A stretch of DNA of 64,000 nucleotides from a virus (IMGVR_UViG_3300009702_000018:39046-103045), one strand, 5' to 3'; positions 32,333-42,568 are shown, counted from the stretch's first letter. Notes: generated by a model not told the origin, from the sequence alone. Numbers and translations are program-made.

Positions 32333-32675
32333 TATTATCCTTATATGGTTTGCTAATTTCTGTTCTTGGATCAAACTCTGGATGTGTTCTTTCATACTCC
32401 ATTAGTGTAAAAGCACACCAAACAACAGACGCTAAATGATGTTGTTTATCTTCTTTGTCTATTGTTTCTCCTCCCCACCAAGCATTAGCATGTCTCATCA
32501 TAGCCGCATATAATCTTCCCCAATCAATTCCTTTTTCCCAATTTCTATCTGTATATTTATATGCTCCAATTGTATATACTTCAGCAAGTTTTCTCAAAGG
32601 TTCTATTGGGATTAAATCATATCGTTCTTTTCCATTATCATATTTAATACCTTGTTTTATTTTTTCTGATGGCAT
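32319..32675 (-). CDS. dATP/dGTP diphosphohydrolase (DUF5664)
   Basis: GIKYDNGKERYDLIP...GAYKY..RNWEKG...AAMMRH...GE..D.E...HHLA. Confidence 0.85.
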   Translation of the reverse strand: MPSEKIKQGIKYDNGKERYDLIPIEPLRKLAEVYTIGAYKYTDRNWEKGIDWGRLYAAMMRHANAWWGGETIDKEDKQHHLASVVWCAFTLMEYERTHPEFDPRTEISKPYKDNNVKK

Positions 32676-33346
32676 ATTTTATATACCCTTTCTTTCAAAT
32701 CTAAAATAGATTGTAAAAATTCTCTTATATCATTTTCTGATTTTTTATCATAATATGAAAAAGAAACCGTATCAACTGCATATTTCCCCCCAACTCTATC
32801 AATAAAATTATTAACCGCTTTCTTTGTCCAATTAGGATTTCGTTGATAATCAAGAGGAAACATATGATTTTTAACAATAGTGCAAATTTTTTCACTATGT
32901 GGAATATTATACATTTTACATAATCCTAATGATAGTTGATAACTATATAAAGCATGATTCTTAAAGTTTCCATATTTAACATAAGAATCATATTTACCTA
33001 AATCATGAAACAATGCCACCCACCTTAAATCAATATTTTCTTCTCCTATTAATTCAAGAACATTCATTGTGTGAGCAAATGCATTTTTAGTTTTATGTTT
33101 TTTCTGAGGAATTTTCACTAATCTATTTAGATATGGGAAAATTCGATCAAGTAATTTATTCTTTTTCAAATACTTGAAACAATCAACTGGATGTTTAGAA
33201 TGAATAATAAATTTTAATATTATTTCTATATCTTTTACAGATAAAATGTTAATATAATCTTTGGTTTTAATTTCTAAATAATATGGAACAGTTTCGTGAT
33301 TATCAACTTTATATAATGAATCTATAAAATAATTTATAATTTTCAT
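32657..33346 (-). CDS. HD-domain protein (resembles the C-terminal part of CCA-adding enzyme/poly(A) polymerase)
   Basis: LL..IFP.L......PQ..H....AFAHT, ALFHDLGK, NHA, KNHM. Confidence 0.8.
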   Translation of the reverse strand: MKIINYFIDSLYKVDNHETVPYYLEIKTKDYINILSVKDIEIILKFIIHSKHPVDCFKYLKKNKLLDRIFPYLNRLVKIPQKKHKTKNAFAHTMNVLELIGEENIDLRWVALFHDLGKYDSYVKYGNFKNHALYSYQLSLGLCKMYNIPHSEKICTIVKNHMFPLDYQRNPNWTKKAVNNFIDRVGGKYAVDTVSFSYYDKKSENDIREFLQSILDLKERVYKICHQKK

Positions 33347-33720
33347 TTTTCTTTATCTTCCGTTAAAAACCAATTCTTTCCCAATATTCTATTTTTTTCT
33401 TCTACAATAACAGTAAGAATCCATTTAATTGCTGTCCCATCAAACCACTCTAAAACCATAGGGAATTTAACAAGATCATCAATAAAACTTGCAGCTAAGT
33501 CTAATTTATCCCTACTACTTAAAGAGTCTATATCTCTTGAAAATTTTTCTACTAAATTAATGATATTCTCAAATAAATCAATCATATCATGTGCTTTTGT
33601 AAAAAGTAAAGTCGCATCTTGTAAATGCCACCCTGTAAATGCTTCTGTTGCTTGTTTGGACAGTTTTTCATAGTTTGTATATGATTTTGCCCAATCAATA
33701 AATTTCTCTTTATTAAACAT
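33343..33720 (-). CDS. Hypothetical protein
   Basis: 125 aa ORF with AGGAG RBS. Confidence 0.6.
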   Translation of the reverse strand: MFNKEKFIDWAKSYTNYEKLSKQATEAFTGWHLQDATLLFTKAHDMIDLFENIINLVEKFSRDIDSLSSRDKLDLAASFIDDLVKFPMVLEWFDGTAIKWILTVIVEEKNRILGKNWFLTEDKEK

Positions 33721-33729
33721 TATATCTCC

Positions 33730-34200
33730 TTAATTATATTGAACTTGTTGACTTTCCATTTTATCCCAACTTAATAATGTTCTACCAATATCAAGAAGAG
33801 TACTAATTTCTTTAACTTTGTCTTTCCCCCTTGCAGCAATATATTCATATGTTTTCACTTTAGAAATCTCATCATTTAATGTTGTAATTTCACCATCAAT
33901 ATCAACATGTATTGTTCTAATGTATAATTTCTTTTCTGTGCTTTTCATACTGTCTGGGGCTTGCTCCCAAGCTATACTTTCTATTTTATCTCTAAATACT
34001 TTAGCCTGTTCTAATATTAAAATAGCATTGGTTGCTAACTCATTAATTCTGCCATATAAATTAGATAATTTAGATAAATCATCCCTTAAAGCATGACCTC
34101 TCTTATTTGTATCTAAATATAAAGTAAAAGTATCAAAAATTGTCTCTGGACAATTCTGAACTTCTTTATTTGCTTTTTGTAATAGTTCTTTATTTAACAT
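33730..34200 (-). CDS. Hypothetical helical protein
   Basis: 156 aa coiled-coil-like ORF coupled to nrdJ. Confidence 0.55.
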   Translation of the reverse strand: MLNKELLQKANKEVQNCPETIFDTFTLYLDTNKRGHALRDDLSKLSNLYGRINELATNAILILEQAKVFRDKIESIAWEQAPDSMKSTEKKLYIRTIHVDIDGEITTLNDEISKVKTYEYIAARGKDKVKEISTLLDIGRTLLSWDKMESQQVQYN

Positions 34201-36326
34201 TTGCTATATCCACAAGATGGACAAGAAATACATCCATCTGTTCTCCACATTTTTGTATTGCAATTAGGACATCTAATTAATAATAATTCTTTTTCTTGTT
34301 CTTCTTTTTCTTTTGAATATTCTAATAATCGTTTAGCCACAAGATCTAAAATGCTTGTATATTTAGATCCATTGTGGAATATCATTTCATCTCCTTTCAC
34401 TCCTTTTATTTGTTTTGCTATTTTTTTAGCAGGAATCCCATGTTGTAAAGAAACAGAAATTAATCTTCCTACTCCTTCAGCAAAAGCATTAATATCTGCT
34501 CCAGATTTCCCAATTGTTAAAATAACTTCACAAATATTGCCTTGACTTGTTTCATTAAATGTTAATAATAGATTCCCAAAAGATGTTTTTATTTTTTCAG
34601 TAGTTCCTTTCATTAATGTTACTCGATTAAAGACTTTTCTATCAAATGCCTTATTTTCCTTCTTTGTTGACAAAACTTGATTTTGTCTTGATCCGTCTCT
34701 ATAAACAGTAATACCCTTACATTTCAAATCATAAGCCATTTGGAATGCTTTATCAACATCTTCTACTTTAGCAGATTCAATCATGTTGATAGTTTTAGAT
34801 ACTCCACTATCTGAATGTTTTTGAAATATAGATTGTATTTTAACATGTTGTTCAATAGATAAATCTGCCGCAGTAACAAACAAATCTCTAATATGTTTAG
34901 GTATTTCTTCAATATTTTGAATACTTTGACTTGATATAACTTTTTCTTTTAATTCTTGTGTAATAGGAATTTCTTCTTCTTCAAGAGCTTCTTCAAATAA
35001 TGAATTAAATTCAATAAGTTTAGTATTATCCATAACATTTTTAATAAAAGCAACAGCAAAAATAGGTTCAATGCCAGAAGATACACCTGCTAACATTCCT
35101 GTGCTTCCCGTTGGGGCAATAGTAGTAGTCCACAAATTTCTTCTTTTAATTTTTAACTCTTGACATGCTTTTGGTATTCCTTTTATTTTCCCAAGATGTT
35201 CACTTGCTTCTAAAGACCACTTATGAATATTTCCATATACTTTATCTGCAAAATCTTGAGATTCTTTGGATCCATAGACAATTCCTAGTTTAATAAGTGC
35301 ATCTGCAAATCCCATAATACCAAGCCCAATTTTTCTTGTTTCTGCATGTGTCGTTTTAATAATATCTAATGGATAAGAATTCATTGAAACAACAGAATCT
35401 AAAAATCTTGTGGCACTATATGTATCTTCTCGAAGTAAATCAAAATCAAACTTTTTATCCTTAACATATTTAGTTAAATTAAGTGCTCCCAAATTACAAG
35501 ACTCATAATTTCTTAATGGTTCTTCTCCGCATGGATTGGTTGATTCAATTGTCCCATATTGATTTGCTTTATTAGTTGTATCAATAAAAAATAAGCCTGG
35601 TTCTCCTGTTTTCCACGCATTTTTACAAATTTTATCCCAAACATCTTTTGCTTTTAACTTTCTAACAACTTGTTTAGTATTAGGGTCAATTAATTCATAT
35701 TCTTCATTTTTCCTCAATGCTTTCATAAATGTATCGGTTATGGCAACAGAAAGATTAAAATTGGTTAATTCAGAAGTATCTTGTTTGACATCAATAAATT
35801 CTAATATATCTGGATGTGTAACCGATAAAATCCCCATATTTGCTCCCCTTCGTGCTCCTCCTTGTTTTATTTGCTGGGTTATACTATTATACATTTTCAA
35901 AAAACTTACTGGTCCACTTGCTACTCCAGATGTTGTTTTAACTCTACTACCTCTGGGTCTTAATTTAGAAAAATTAAATCCTGTTCCCCCTACACTTTTA
36001 TGAATTAAAGCAGCATATTTTGCTGTATCCATTATGCTTACCATTGAGTCTTCTATCCCTAAAACAAAGCACGCTGCCAATTGAGCATCAGCTTTTCTAG
36101 AATTTATAAGAGTAGGTGTATTTGGAACAAATCTCAAATCATTAATCATTTCATAATATATTTTAAACCACTTGTTCTTATCTGCTTTAGTCTTTTCATC
36201 TTGTGAAATATAATCTGCTACTCTTTTACATAAATCATCCCAATTTTCTAAAATTTTTCCTTTTGCATCTTTTAATGCATATCTTTTATTAAATAATATT
36301 TGTGCATTTTCACTCAATACGGTCAA
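34194..36326 (-). CDS. nrdJ: Adenosylcobalamin-dependent class II ribonucleotide reductase with C-terminal TSCPD-like domain and Zn ribbon
   Basis: PNTPTL, AACFV, RRGANM, TNPCGE, ESCNLG, TIAPTG, VSKTIN, YRDGSR, C-terminal CPNC..CPSCGYSKC; no beta subunit in the window. Confidence 0.92.
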   Translation of the reverse strand: MTVLSENAQILFNKRYALKDAKGKILENWDDLCKRVADYISQDEKTKADKNKWFKIYYEMINDLRFVPNTPTLINSRKADAQLAACFVLGIEDSMVSIMDTAKYAALIHKSVGGTGFNFSKLRPRGSRVKTTSGVASGPVSFLKMYNSITQQIKQGGARRGANMGILSVTHPDILEFIDVKQDTSELTNFNLSVAITDTFMKALRKNEEYELIDPNTKQVVRKLKAKDVWDKICKNAWKTGEPGLFFIDTTNKANQYGTIESTNPCGEEPLRNYESCNLGALNLTKYVKDKKFDFDLLREDTYSATRFLDSVVSMNSYPLDIIKTTHAETRKIGLGIMGFADALIKLGIVYGSKESQDFADKVYGNIHKWSLEASEHLGKIKGIPKACQELKIKRRNLWTTTIAPTGSTGMLAGVSSGIEPIFAVAFIKNVMDNTKLIEFNSLFEEALEEEEIPITQELKEKVISSQSIQNIEEIPKHIRDLFVTAADLSIEQHVKIQSIFQKHSDSGVSKTINMIESAKVEDVDKAFQMAYDLKCKGITVYRDGSRQNQVLSTKKENKAFDRKVFNRVTLMKGTTEKIKTSFGNLLLTFNETSQGNICEVILTIGKSGADINAFAEGVGRLISVSLQHGIPAKKIAKQIKGVKGDEMIFHNGSKYTSILDLVAKRLLEYSKEKEEQEKELLLIRCPNCNTKMWRTDGCISCPSCGYSKC

Positions 36327-37039
36327 TTTTTACCTCCAATATTTAAATCTAATCTAACAGCCTCTGCTCTCCAATCTTTTGTATCTATTATTAAATAGCC
36401 ATTATCAATAGATGGAATTGTAATAAAATTAGAAGTTGGGAAAATCTTAACTGCACCCCACCAATTATACTTCCCAACAATAGTATAATAGGGTCTAACT
36501 GTTCTTAATAGAGAAAACATTTCTGAAGAAAAATGAACACTATTTTTTTTATGATTATCAATTATATCATACAATAATAGAATATTTATATTTGCTTTTT
36601 TCAATTGATTTACCATTGTTATATTAAAATGTCTTTTTTCATATCCAAACAATTTTGTATGATTATAATATTTGTAACTATAACTTCCTCCCAATCCACC
36701 AACTATGATAGATTCTTCATTTTTCTTTAATTCAATCGTCTCTCCGTCTTTTATTAATGTAAAATTGTTAATTTGTAATGAATGATCATAAATTTGTCTT
36801 ATAAATGATAAATTATCATGAGGTCCTCTAACGGCATAAACGGGAACAATAAATTTCTCCTCACCATATAAATATTTATAAAATTGATTATCTTTTATAA
36901 ACTTGGGTAATTTATTTTCATTCTTATAGAGAATCCCAAAGTCTCCAGTACATAAAACAAAATCTGCTCCAGATTTCTTTATATATTCATTTATTTTATG
37001 AAGTTTCCCTTGAGTATTCCCAACAACTAAAATTTTCAC
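36323..37039 (-). CDS. Calcineurin-like metallophosphoesterase with degenerate metal motifs
   Basis: VGNTQG / CTGDFG / RGPHD / GGLGG pattern. Confidence 0.7.
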   Translation of the reverse strand: MKILVVGNTQGKLHKINEYIKKSGADFVLCTGDFGILYKNENKLPKFIKDNQFYKYLYGEEKFIVPVYAVRGPHDNLSFIRQIYDHSLQINNFTLIKDGETIELKKNEESIIVGGLGGSYSYKYYNHTKLFGYEKRHFNITMVNQLKKANINILLLYDIIDNHKKNSVHFSSEMFSLLRTVRPYYTIVGKYNWWGAVKIFPTSNFITIPSIDNGYLIIDTKDWRAEAVRLDLNIGGKN

Positions 37040-37980
37040 CTGTATAATCCTAACAACATTTCTTTGGTTGCTTTTAATTGTTTTTCAAAAGGATAATAAT
37101 CACTTACATGTTTTCGCAACTTTTCTCTTATTTCTGCTTTGTTATCCGATTTTTGAAATCTATTTACAATTTCCACCGCTTCTTCTGGTGTGTCAAAAAT
37201 ATAATCTCTGGGATAGAATTGTTCTGACCCTACCCAACTATGACAAAGAGGAACTAATCCTTGAGACATTCCTTCTGCTAAAGAATATTGAAAAGACTCA
37301 AAAATAGAAGTGGAAATAACAAAATCCTTATCTTCTAAATATTTGTGTATATCATTTTGCCATCCATCGAAATTAATTTTAAATGGTAACTTTTGCATCA
37401 TATTTTGCATATATAATTGAAATCTTTCATCTTGATATGTTCCAGCTATATGAAAAGTAAATTCATGATCAAATTCCCAAATCTTTCTAAATACCTCTAA
37501 TAATAATTGTGGTCCTTTCTTATAATTAATGAATCCCACAAACACTACTTTCTTATTGTATGTTTTATGTTCGGGGATTGGAAATCTTGACATATTAACC
37601 CCATTTGGAATTACTGTAGTAATTTCTTTGGGAATATTCTTAAATTTGCTCAAAGTATATTGTTGACAAATGGGATTTACAAAAATTAATTTATCAACCT
37701 TGTTCCAATCTACTTGACCAGGAAGAGGAGTAAACATTTCAAATGAATGTAGTCTAATAATATATTTTTCAGACATTTTAGGAGGAATAGTTAATGCTCT
37801 GGCCAAATCATTACACCACTCAAGCCAAACAATATGTGTATCGTGTAATAATTGTCTAAACTCCTTTTCGTCTCCTCCCATAAACATTTTCAAATCATAA
37901 TCCGCTTTTAATCCTGCGAATAAATCTCGAAGAAAAGCATCTCCTACTGTTGTAAAAAAAGTTAATTTTTTCTTATTCAT
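37036..37980 (-). CDS. Glycosyltransferase, GT4-like
   Basis: VIPNGVN, FVGFINYKKG, STSIFESFQYSLAEGMSQG. Confidence 0.88.
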   Translation of the reverse strand: MNKKKLTFFTTVGDAFLRDLFAGLKADYDLKMFMGGDEKEFRQLLHDTHIVWLEWCNDLARALTIPPKMSEKYIIRLHSFEMFTPLPGQVDWNKVDKLIFVNPICQQYTLSKFKNIPKEITTVIPNGVNMSRFPIPEHKTYNKKVVFVGFINYKKGPQLLLEVFRKIWEFDHEFTFHIAGTYQDERFQLYMQNMMQKLPFKINFDGWQNDIHKYLEDKDFVISTSIFESFQYSLAEGMSQGLVPLCHSWVGSEQFYPRDYIFDTPEEAVEIVNRFQKSDNKAEIREKLRKHVSDYYPFEKQLKATKEMLLGLYR

Positions 37981-39007
37981 TAAATACTCCTAAAAGTCTA
38001 TCTATCATTTTTTCTACTGTATATTCTTTTCTATATAAATTATAGCCATCTTCAGCTAATTTTTCATATAGGTCAGAATCTTCATATAATAATTTAATTT
38101 TCTTTCTTAAATCATTAATACTACCCTTTTTTGCATATAAAACCTTGTCTTTAAATAATTCTTTTGCTATTGGATAATCATAACAAATAACAGGGGTTTT
38201 TAAAGAAAGAGCATCAACAATACTTCCAACTCCCAGCCATTCTATAATTTGAGGGTATACTAACATTGAAGCATTATAAATATACTCTGATCTTTTTTTA
38301 GAAGAAAGATTTTTATAAAACTTAAAAGAATTATCTTGAACTTCACATGAAACTCTAATGGAGTCTAAATATGGTGGATCAACATTTCTATATATATGAA
38401 TATAATCATAGGGTAATGAGGATAAGGCACTTATTAAAAGATGAATACCTTTATATTTAAAAACAGAAGAAGAACCTACAATATATTCTTTTGTTTTATC
38501 CCCAAAAAAATCTTCAACTGAAAAGAAAGCAGGATGATGAACCACATAGGGAATCCTTTTATATCTTTTAAAAAATTGATCTGCAAAATATTGATTATGA
38601 AAAATAACACCGTCAAGTTCCAAAGCACAATTTACCCAATAATAGAATTTTTGAGAATAATTAAAATCATAGTTATCTGTATCTTTTCCATCTACAATCC
38701 CAACAGGAAAATCGAAGAATACACAATATCCTTTTATTTTATGATGTTTTTTATATTCTGATACAAAAGGAGCCATTGATTGTGAATATCCCAAAACAAT
38801 ATCTATATCTTTTAATTTAATATTCCCAAATACATAATCATCTTTATCGATATTATAAATATCTATTAATTCATTTGGAAACGGAGCTGTAAAATTAGCT
38901 ATTGTTACCAAAGTTACTTTATGTTTTCTCTTTGTAAAATGGGACGCAATTATATACCCATTATAAGAAGAAACATAGTTTTCGTTGCAAAAATATAATA
39001 TATGCAT
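37973..39007 (-). CDS. Glycosyltransferase, GT4-like (divergent)
   Basis: YKGIHLLISA, EWLGVGSIVDALSLKTPVI. Confidence 0.78.
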   Translation of the reverse strand: MHILYFCNENYVSSYNGYIIASHFTKRKHKVTLVTIANFTAPFPNELIDIYNIDKDDYVFGNIKLKDIDIVLGYSQSMAPFVSEYKKHHKIKGYCVFFDFPVGIVDGKDTDNYDFNYSQKFYYWVNCALELDGVIFHNQYFADQFFKRYKRIPYVVHHPAFFSVEDFFGDKTKEYIVGSSSVFKYKGIHLLISALSSLPYDYIHIYRNVDPPYLDSIRVSCEVQDNSFKFYKNLSSKKRSEYIYNASMLVYPQIIEWLGVGSIVDALSLKTPVICYDYPIAKELFKDKVLYAKKGSINDLRKKIKLLYEDSDLYEKLAEDGYNLYRKEYTVEKMIDRLLGVFNE

Positions 39008-39020
39008 AGTCTTACTATTA

Positions 39021-39049
39021 AATGTCCATTTTTCCTTATTTTTTTACAA
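39021..39049 (-). promoter_or_regulatory. Sigma70-like promoter for the GT-RNR operon
   Basis: TTGTAA-N17-GACATT; spacer nearly identical to that at 40038-40066. Confidence 0.5.
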
Positions 39050-39062
39050 TTTGAATAAAAAA

Positions 39063-39092
39063 AAGATGGGGAATATTAAAATTCCCCATCTC
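39063..39092 (-). terminator. Intrinsic terminator after the OMP gene
   Basis: GATGGGGAAT...ATTCCCCATC with T-tract on the minus strand. Confidence 0.7.
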
Positions 39093-39104
39093 GTTAAAAA
39101 GGAG

Positions 39105-39587
39105 CTAGAAAGTATAGATAACACCGCCGCCCGCTACATAAGTGTTATCAAAAGCGTTCTTTTCAAAAGAAAATCTCCGTTTACAGAAACCTGTGAATCC
39201 AATTCCATTATCAAATAGATAGCCAGCAATAACGCCAGCGGCTCCTGTAATATAAGCGGCTGCAGATTCTCCATCGTTTGTTTGATCGAGCCAATCTACA
39301 TTAGGACCAAGAATCGGTCCGATAAAAATATGATCAGTAATAACGGGAGATTTAATAATATACGCCAAAGCGGTTTCGGTAGATGTTTGTTGAATAGTTC
39401 CATCTACTTTACCAAACTTAATACTTTCAAAACTCCAAATATTGCCCTTTACCTTTTGTCCTGTCCCAACAGACCCATAAAAGGTATTATCATATTGAGC
39501 AACACTATACACTACATTATTGTGAGCAACCTGCCCAAAGGCACTGGCAGCAAACAATAAGACTAAAATGAATATGAAATATTTCAA
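39105..39587 (-). CDS. Small outer-membrane beta-barrel protein with signal peptide
   Basis: Sec signal MKYFIFILVLLFAASAFG, alternating beta strands, C-terminal GGGVIYTF (terminal Phe beta-signal). Confidence 0.65.
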   Translation of the reverse strand: MKYFIFILVLLFAASAFGQVAHNNVVYSVAQYDNTFYGSVGTGQKVKGNIWSFESIKFGKVDGTIQQTSTETALAYIIKSPVITDHIFIGPILGPNVDWLDQTNDGESAAAYITGAAGVIAGYLFDNGIGFTGFCKRRFSFEKNAFDNTYVAGGGVIYTF

Positions 39588-39588
39588 G

Positions 39589-39999
39589 TTATTCTCCTAT
39601 GTTTGAACATGGTTTAACTGGGGGTTGATTACTATTTAAAAACGCCCAGTCTATAAAATACATTAGATCATCATAATTAATTGCACAATCCCCATTAAAA
39701 TCTGCTCGTCTATTGATTTTAGCAGGTTTATTGTATACAATATCGATTGCAGCGATTAGATCACCAATATTTACACTTCCGTTTCCATCTACATCTCCAT
39801 ATACATATTTAACCCCTGTAGGTGGTTTGGCAGCAAAAATATTACTGTCTTTAACCTCTGCAAATTTGTTTTCAAAATCTTGTTGAGTATATTGTCCTAT
39901 TTTATATGTTGGCATTAGTTCTTTATGAGTCGGTCTAAAAACTAATACCATCACAATAACAATAATGACAATACCCGCAACAATCAAAAAAGACTTCAT
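39589..39999 (-). CDS. Membrane-anchored dockerin type I domain protein
   Basis: N-terminal TM; GDVDGNGSVNIGDL...ADFNGDCAINYDDL duplicated EF-like loops. Confidence 0.8.
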   Translation of the reverse strand: MKSFLIVAGIVIIVIVMVLVFRPTHKELMPTYKIGQYTQQDFENKFAEVKDSNIFAAKPPTGVKYVYGDVDGNGSVNIGDLIAAIDIVYNKPAKINRRADFNGDCAINYDDLMYFIDWAFLNSNQPPVKPCSNIGE

Positions 40000-40037
40000 A
40001 CAAAGTCCTCCTATTATAAAGGTTCATTCTTTATTAA

Positions 40038-40066
40038 ATACTATTTTTTCCTTATTTTTTACGCAA
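40038..40066 (-). promoter_or_regulatory. Sigma70-like promoter for the dockerin-OMP pair
   Basis: TTGCGT-N17-TAGTAT. Confidence 0.45.
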
Positions 40067-40109
40067 TTATATGGAAAATTTTACATTTTATATAAAAAAG
40101 AGGAAATAA

Positions 40110-40406
40110 ATGAATAATTTAATAGAACCGTCTGTAATTACGGGGATAATTGCTTTATTTAAGCCATTCTTGATCAAAGTATTGCGATATTATTGGATTG
40201 ATAAGCATATTCCAGTAATATTACAAGATGATTTTATTGATGTTACGGCATATATTTTGGGATTTATTATTGCCTTACTTGTTAACTATATGGGACATTT
40301 TAATTTAGCCATATTTACTTGTTTTTTAATAGGAACAGGAATATCAAAGCCCGTAAGTCATTATTCTAATAAAACTATAAAAAGGATTACAAATGGCAAA
40401 AAATAA
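40110..40406 (+). CDS. Small membrane protein, holin-like
   Basis: 2-3 hydrophobic segments, basic C-terminus. Confidence 0.45.
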   Translation: MNNLIEPSVITGIIALFKPFLIKVLRYYWIDKHIPVILQDDFIDVTAYILGFIIALLVNYMGHFNLAIFTCFLIGTGISKPVSHYSNKTIKRITNGKK

Positions 40407-41364
40407 AAAAACTGTTCAAGATAATCTAGATGTCGCTATGAAAATGCTTGAAAAACAATATGGTAAAGGAGTAATCTTCAAAATGAACTCTGCTCCATTA
40501 CAAGCTGATGTAATACCAACTGGATCTATGTTGTTAGATAAAGCATTGGGGGTTGGGGGGATACCAAGAGGAAGAATTACTGAAATATATGGTCCTGAAT
40601 CTGCAGGTAAGACTTCTCTTGCTCTACACATCATAGCAGAAGCTCAAAAACAAGGGGGGAAAGCTCTATTCATCGATGCTGAACACGCTATGGATCTCAA
40701 ATATGCTAAAAATATAGGAGTTAATGTAGATGAACTTCTTATTTCACAACCCGATTCAGGTGAACAGGCTTTGGAAATATTGGAAACTATGGTTCGTAGC
40801 GGTGAAATATCAGTAATTGTGGTTGATTCAGTCGCCGCCCTTACTCCCCAAGCAGAAATAGATGGTGATATGGGATCTTCTCATATGGGACTTCACGCAA
40901 GATTAATGTCTCAAGCAATGAGAAAATTAACGGCAATTATATCAAAAAGTAAAACTGCTGTAATCTTTACTAATCAAATAAGAATGAAAATTGGAATTAT
41001 GTTTGGGAATCCCGAAACGACAACAGGAGGGAATGCTTTAAAATTTTATGCCAGTATTAGATTAGAAATTAGACGAATGAAGAAAATTGAAGATAAGTTT
41101 GGTGAGTTCATTGGGAATGAAGTGAAGATAAAAGTGGTTAAGAATAAACTCTCCGCCCCATTCAAAGAAATCAATACTGCTATTCTATTTGGTAAAGGAA
41201 TATTTAAAGCTGCTGAACTCTTGAATATATATATAGAAAAAGGTGAAATTCAAAAGAACGGAAGCTGGTTCAAATATAAAGATCAAACAATTCAGGGAAT
41301 GGAAAATATGCTCAAATATGTGGAAGAAAATCTTAGTGAACTCCCGCAAGATCAGCAATCGTGA
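40393..41364 (+). CDS. recA: Recombinase A
   Basis: [36 protein letters not shown]. Confidence 0.98.
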   Translation: MAKNKKTVQDNLDVAMKMLEKQYGKGVIFKMNSAPLQADVIPTGSMLLDKALGVGGIPRGRITEIYGPESAGKTSLALHIIAEAQKQGGKALFIDAEHAMDLKYAKNIGVNVDELLISQPDSGEQALEILETMVRSGEISVIVVDSVAALTPQAEIDGDMGSSHMGLHARLMSQAMRKLTAIISKSKTAVIFTNQIRMKIGIMFGNPETTTGGNALKFYASIRLEIRRMKKIEDKFGEFIGNEVKIKVVKNKLSAPFKEINTAILFGKGIFKAAELLNIYIEKGEIQKNGSWFKYKDQTIQGMENMLKYVEENLSELPQDQQS

Positions 41365-41776
41365 TTCCTTCTAAATGATCATATTCATGCCCAAATATAC
41401 ACGCTAATTTTCCCTCAAACTTCATTGTGTGCATATGTCGATCGAGATCGAGAAATTGAACACCTATGGTCTTTGGTCTCACAATCGTCGCCTCAACACC
41501 CGGACAGGATAAGCACATTTCCTTTGAATCCTGTTCGCCTTCAACAAATAATATAATAGGATTAATAATAGGTATGAAGTTCTTATGTTCCTGATCCCAC
41601 ATAATAAATGCTCGTTTTGTCTTCCCTATTTGAACAGCGGCGATCCCTACGCCCTTATGCTCTACAAGAGTATCCTTCATATGATTCATTAATCTCCTAA
41701 TGTTCTTGAAATTCTTCACAGGAGTGGATCTTTTGTTCAAAAGAGGGTCTGGGGTAAATACTAGATCTTTAATCAT
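41333..41776 (-). CDS. def: Peptide deformylase
   Basis: [15 protein letters not shown] (EGCLS variant), HEYDHLEG. Confidence 0.93.
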   Translation of the reverse strand: MIKDLVFTPDPLLNKRSTPVKNFKNIRRLMNHMKDTLVEHKGVGIAAVQIGKTKRAFIMWDQEHKNFIPIINPIILFVEGEQDSKEMCLSCPGVEATIVRPKTIGVQFLDLDRHMHTMKFEGKLACIFGHEYDHLEGITIADLAGVH

Positions 41777-41994
41777 TTTTTCTTATGAAGAGTCTTAAAG
41801 TACTCAATTTCTCCTAATCTTATAAGAGCCTCTTGCCTGGTCTTATATGGACCACCCATTACTTTGGTCTTATCTTTGCTATAAACATAGTAAGATCCTT
41901 TTTTCTTAACTATCATATCAATATCCTCGTTTAATATGTCTTCAAGTGTTTTGATCGTTACATCACCTGTAACGAAATTATCCTGCAATTTCAT
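41773..41994 (-). CDS. Hypothetical protein
   Basis: 73 aa ORF with AGGAG RBS. Confidence 0.55.
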   Translation of the reverse strand: MKLQDNFVTGDVTIKTLEDILNEDIDMIVKKKGSYYVYSKDKTKVMGGPYKTRQEALIRLGEIEYFKTLHKKK

Positions 41995-42183
41995 AAATTT
42001 CTCCTGTCTATAAATAAATACGGATGATTTCGTGGTTTTTGTCGTCTAAAGGTCTGTTTTGATAGGTTTAATTGTCTTTGAGGTTGATTATTTGATGTCG
42101 GTAGTATAAAGATTTTGTCTACGAGGTGTGTTTTGATGGTTGGCAGTATTTAGAAGGGAATACACTATATTTTTCAACATAGC

Positions 42184-42438
42184 TTGTGAATTTTTTCACA
42201 AAATGCCCCCCCTTATATAACTTATTGTCTCCCAGCAAGTTAGCCCTAAAATTATTTTTGAATAAAAATGAAGAAACTATTGACAACTACGGGATAAATG
42301 ACGATATTACTTATTTGTCATGATTTCTTTGTGAATTTTTTCACATATATTGTGAATTTTTTCACAAAAAAAGTGGGGAATTTTTTTCGCTTGTGAATTT
42401 TTTCACAAGCATTCGTAACTTTGTGAAACTTTTCACAA
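42184..42438. promoter_or_regulatory. Cluster of five TTGTGAA-N4-TTCACA(A/T) operators (Rex/CRP-type)
   Basis: Boxes start at 42184, 42329, 42350, 42391, 42421. Confidence 0.75.
42280..42308 (+). promoter_or_regulatory. Early promoter
   Basis: TTGACA-N17-GATATT. Confidence 0.7.
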
Positions 42439-42472
42439 TATAAAAATAAATGAAAAAAAACAAAAAAAACAC

Positions 42473-42501
42473 TTGACAACTTGCACGTAAATGACGATAT
42501 T
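42473..42501 (+). promoter_or_regulatory. Early promoter
   Basis: A-tract UP element, TTGACA-N17-GATATT. Confidence 0.8.
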
Positions 42502-42522
42502 ATATTATAGAAATTTAAAAAC

Positions 42523-42564
42523 GCAAGCTCAATAACGGGCTTGCATAACTTTAATGTAAGGGTT
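42523..42564 (+). repeat. Leader hairpin + RBS, copy 1 (copy 2 at 42825-42866)
   Basis: GCAAGCT(C/T)AATAACGGGCTTGCATAACTTTAATGTAAGGGTT duplicated before two ATGs. Confidence 0.8.
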
Positions 42565-42568
42565 TTGT

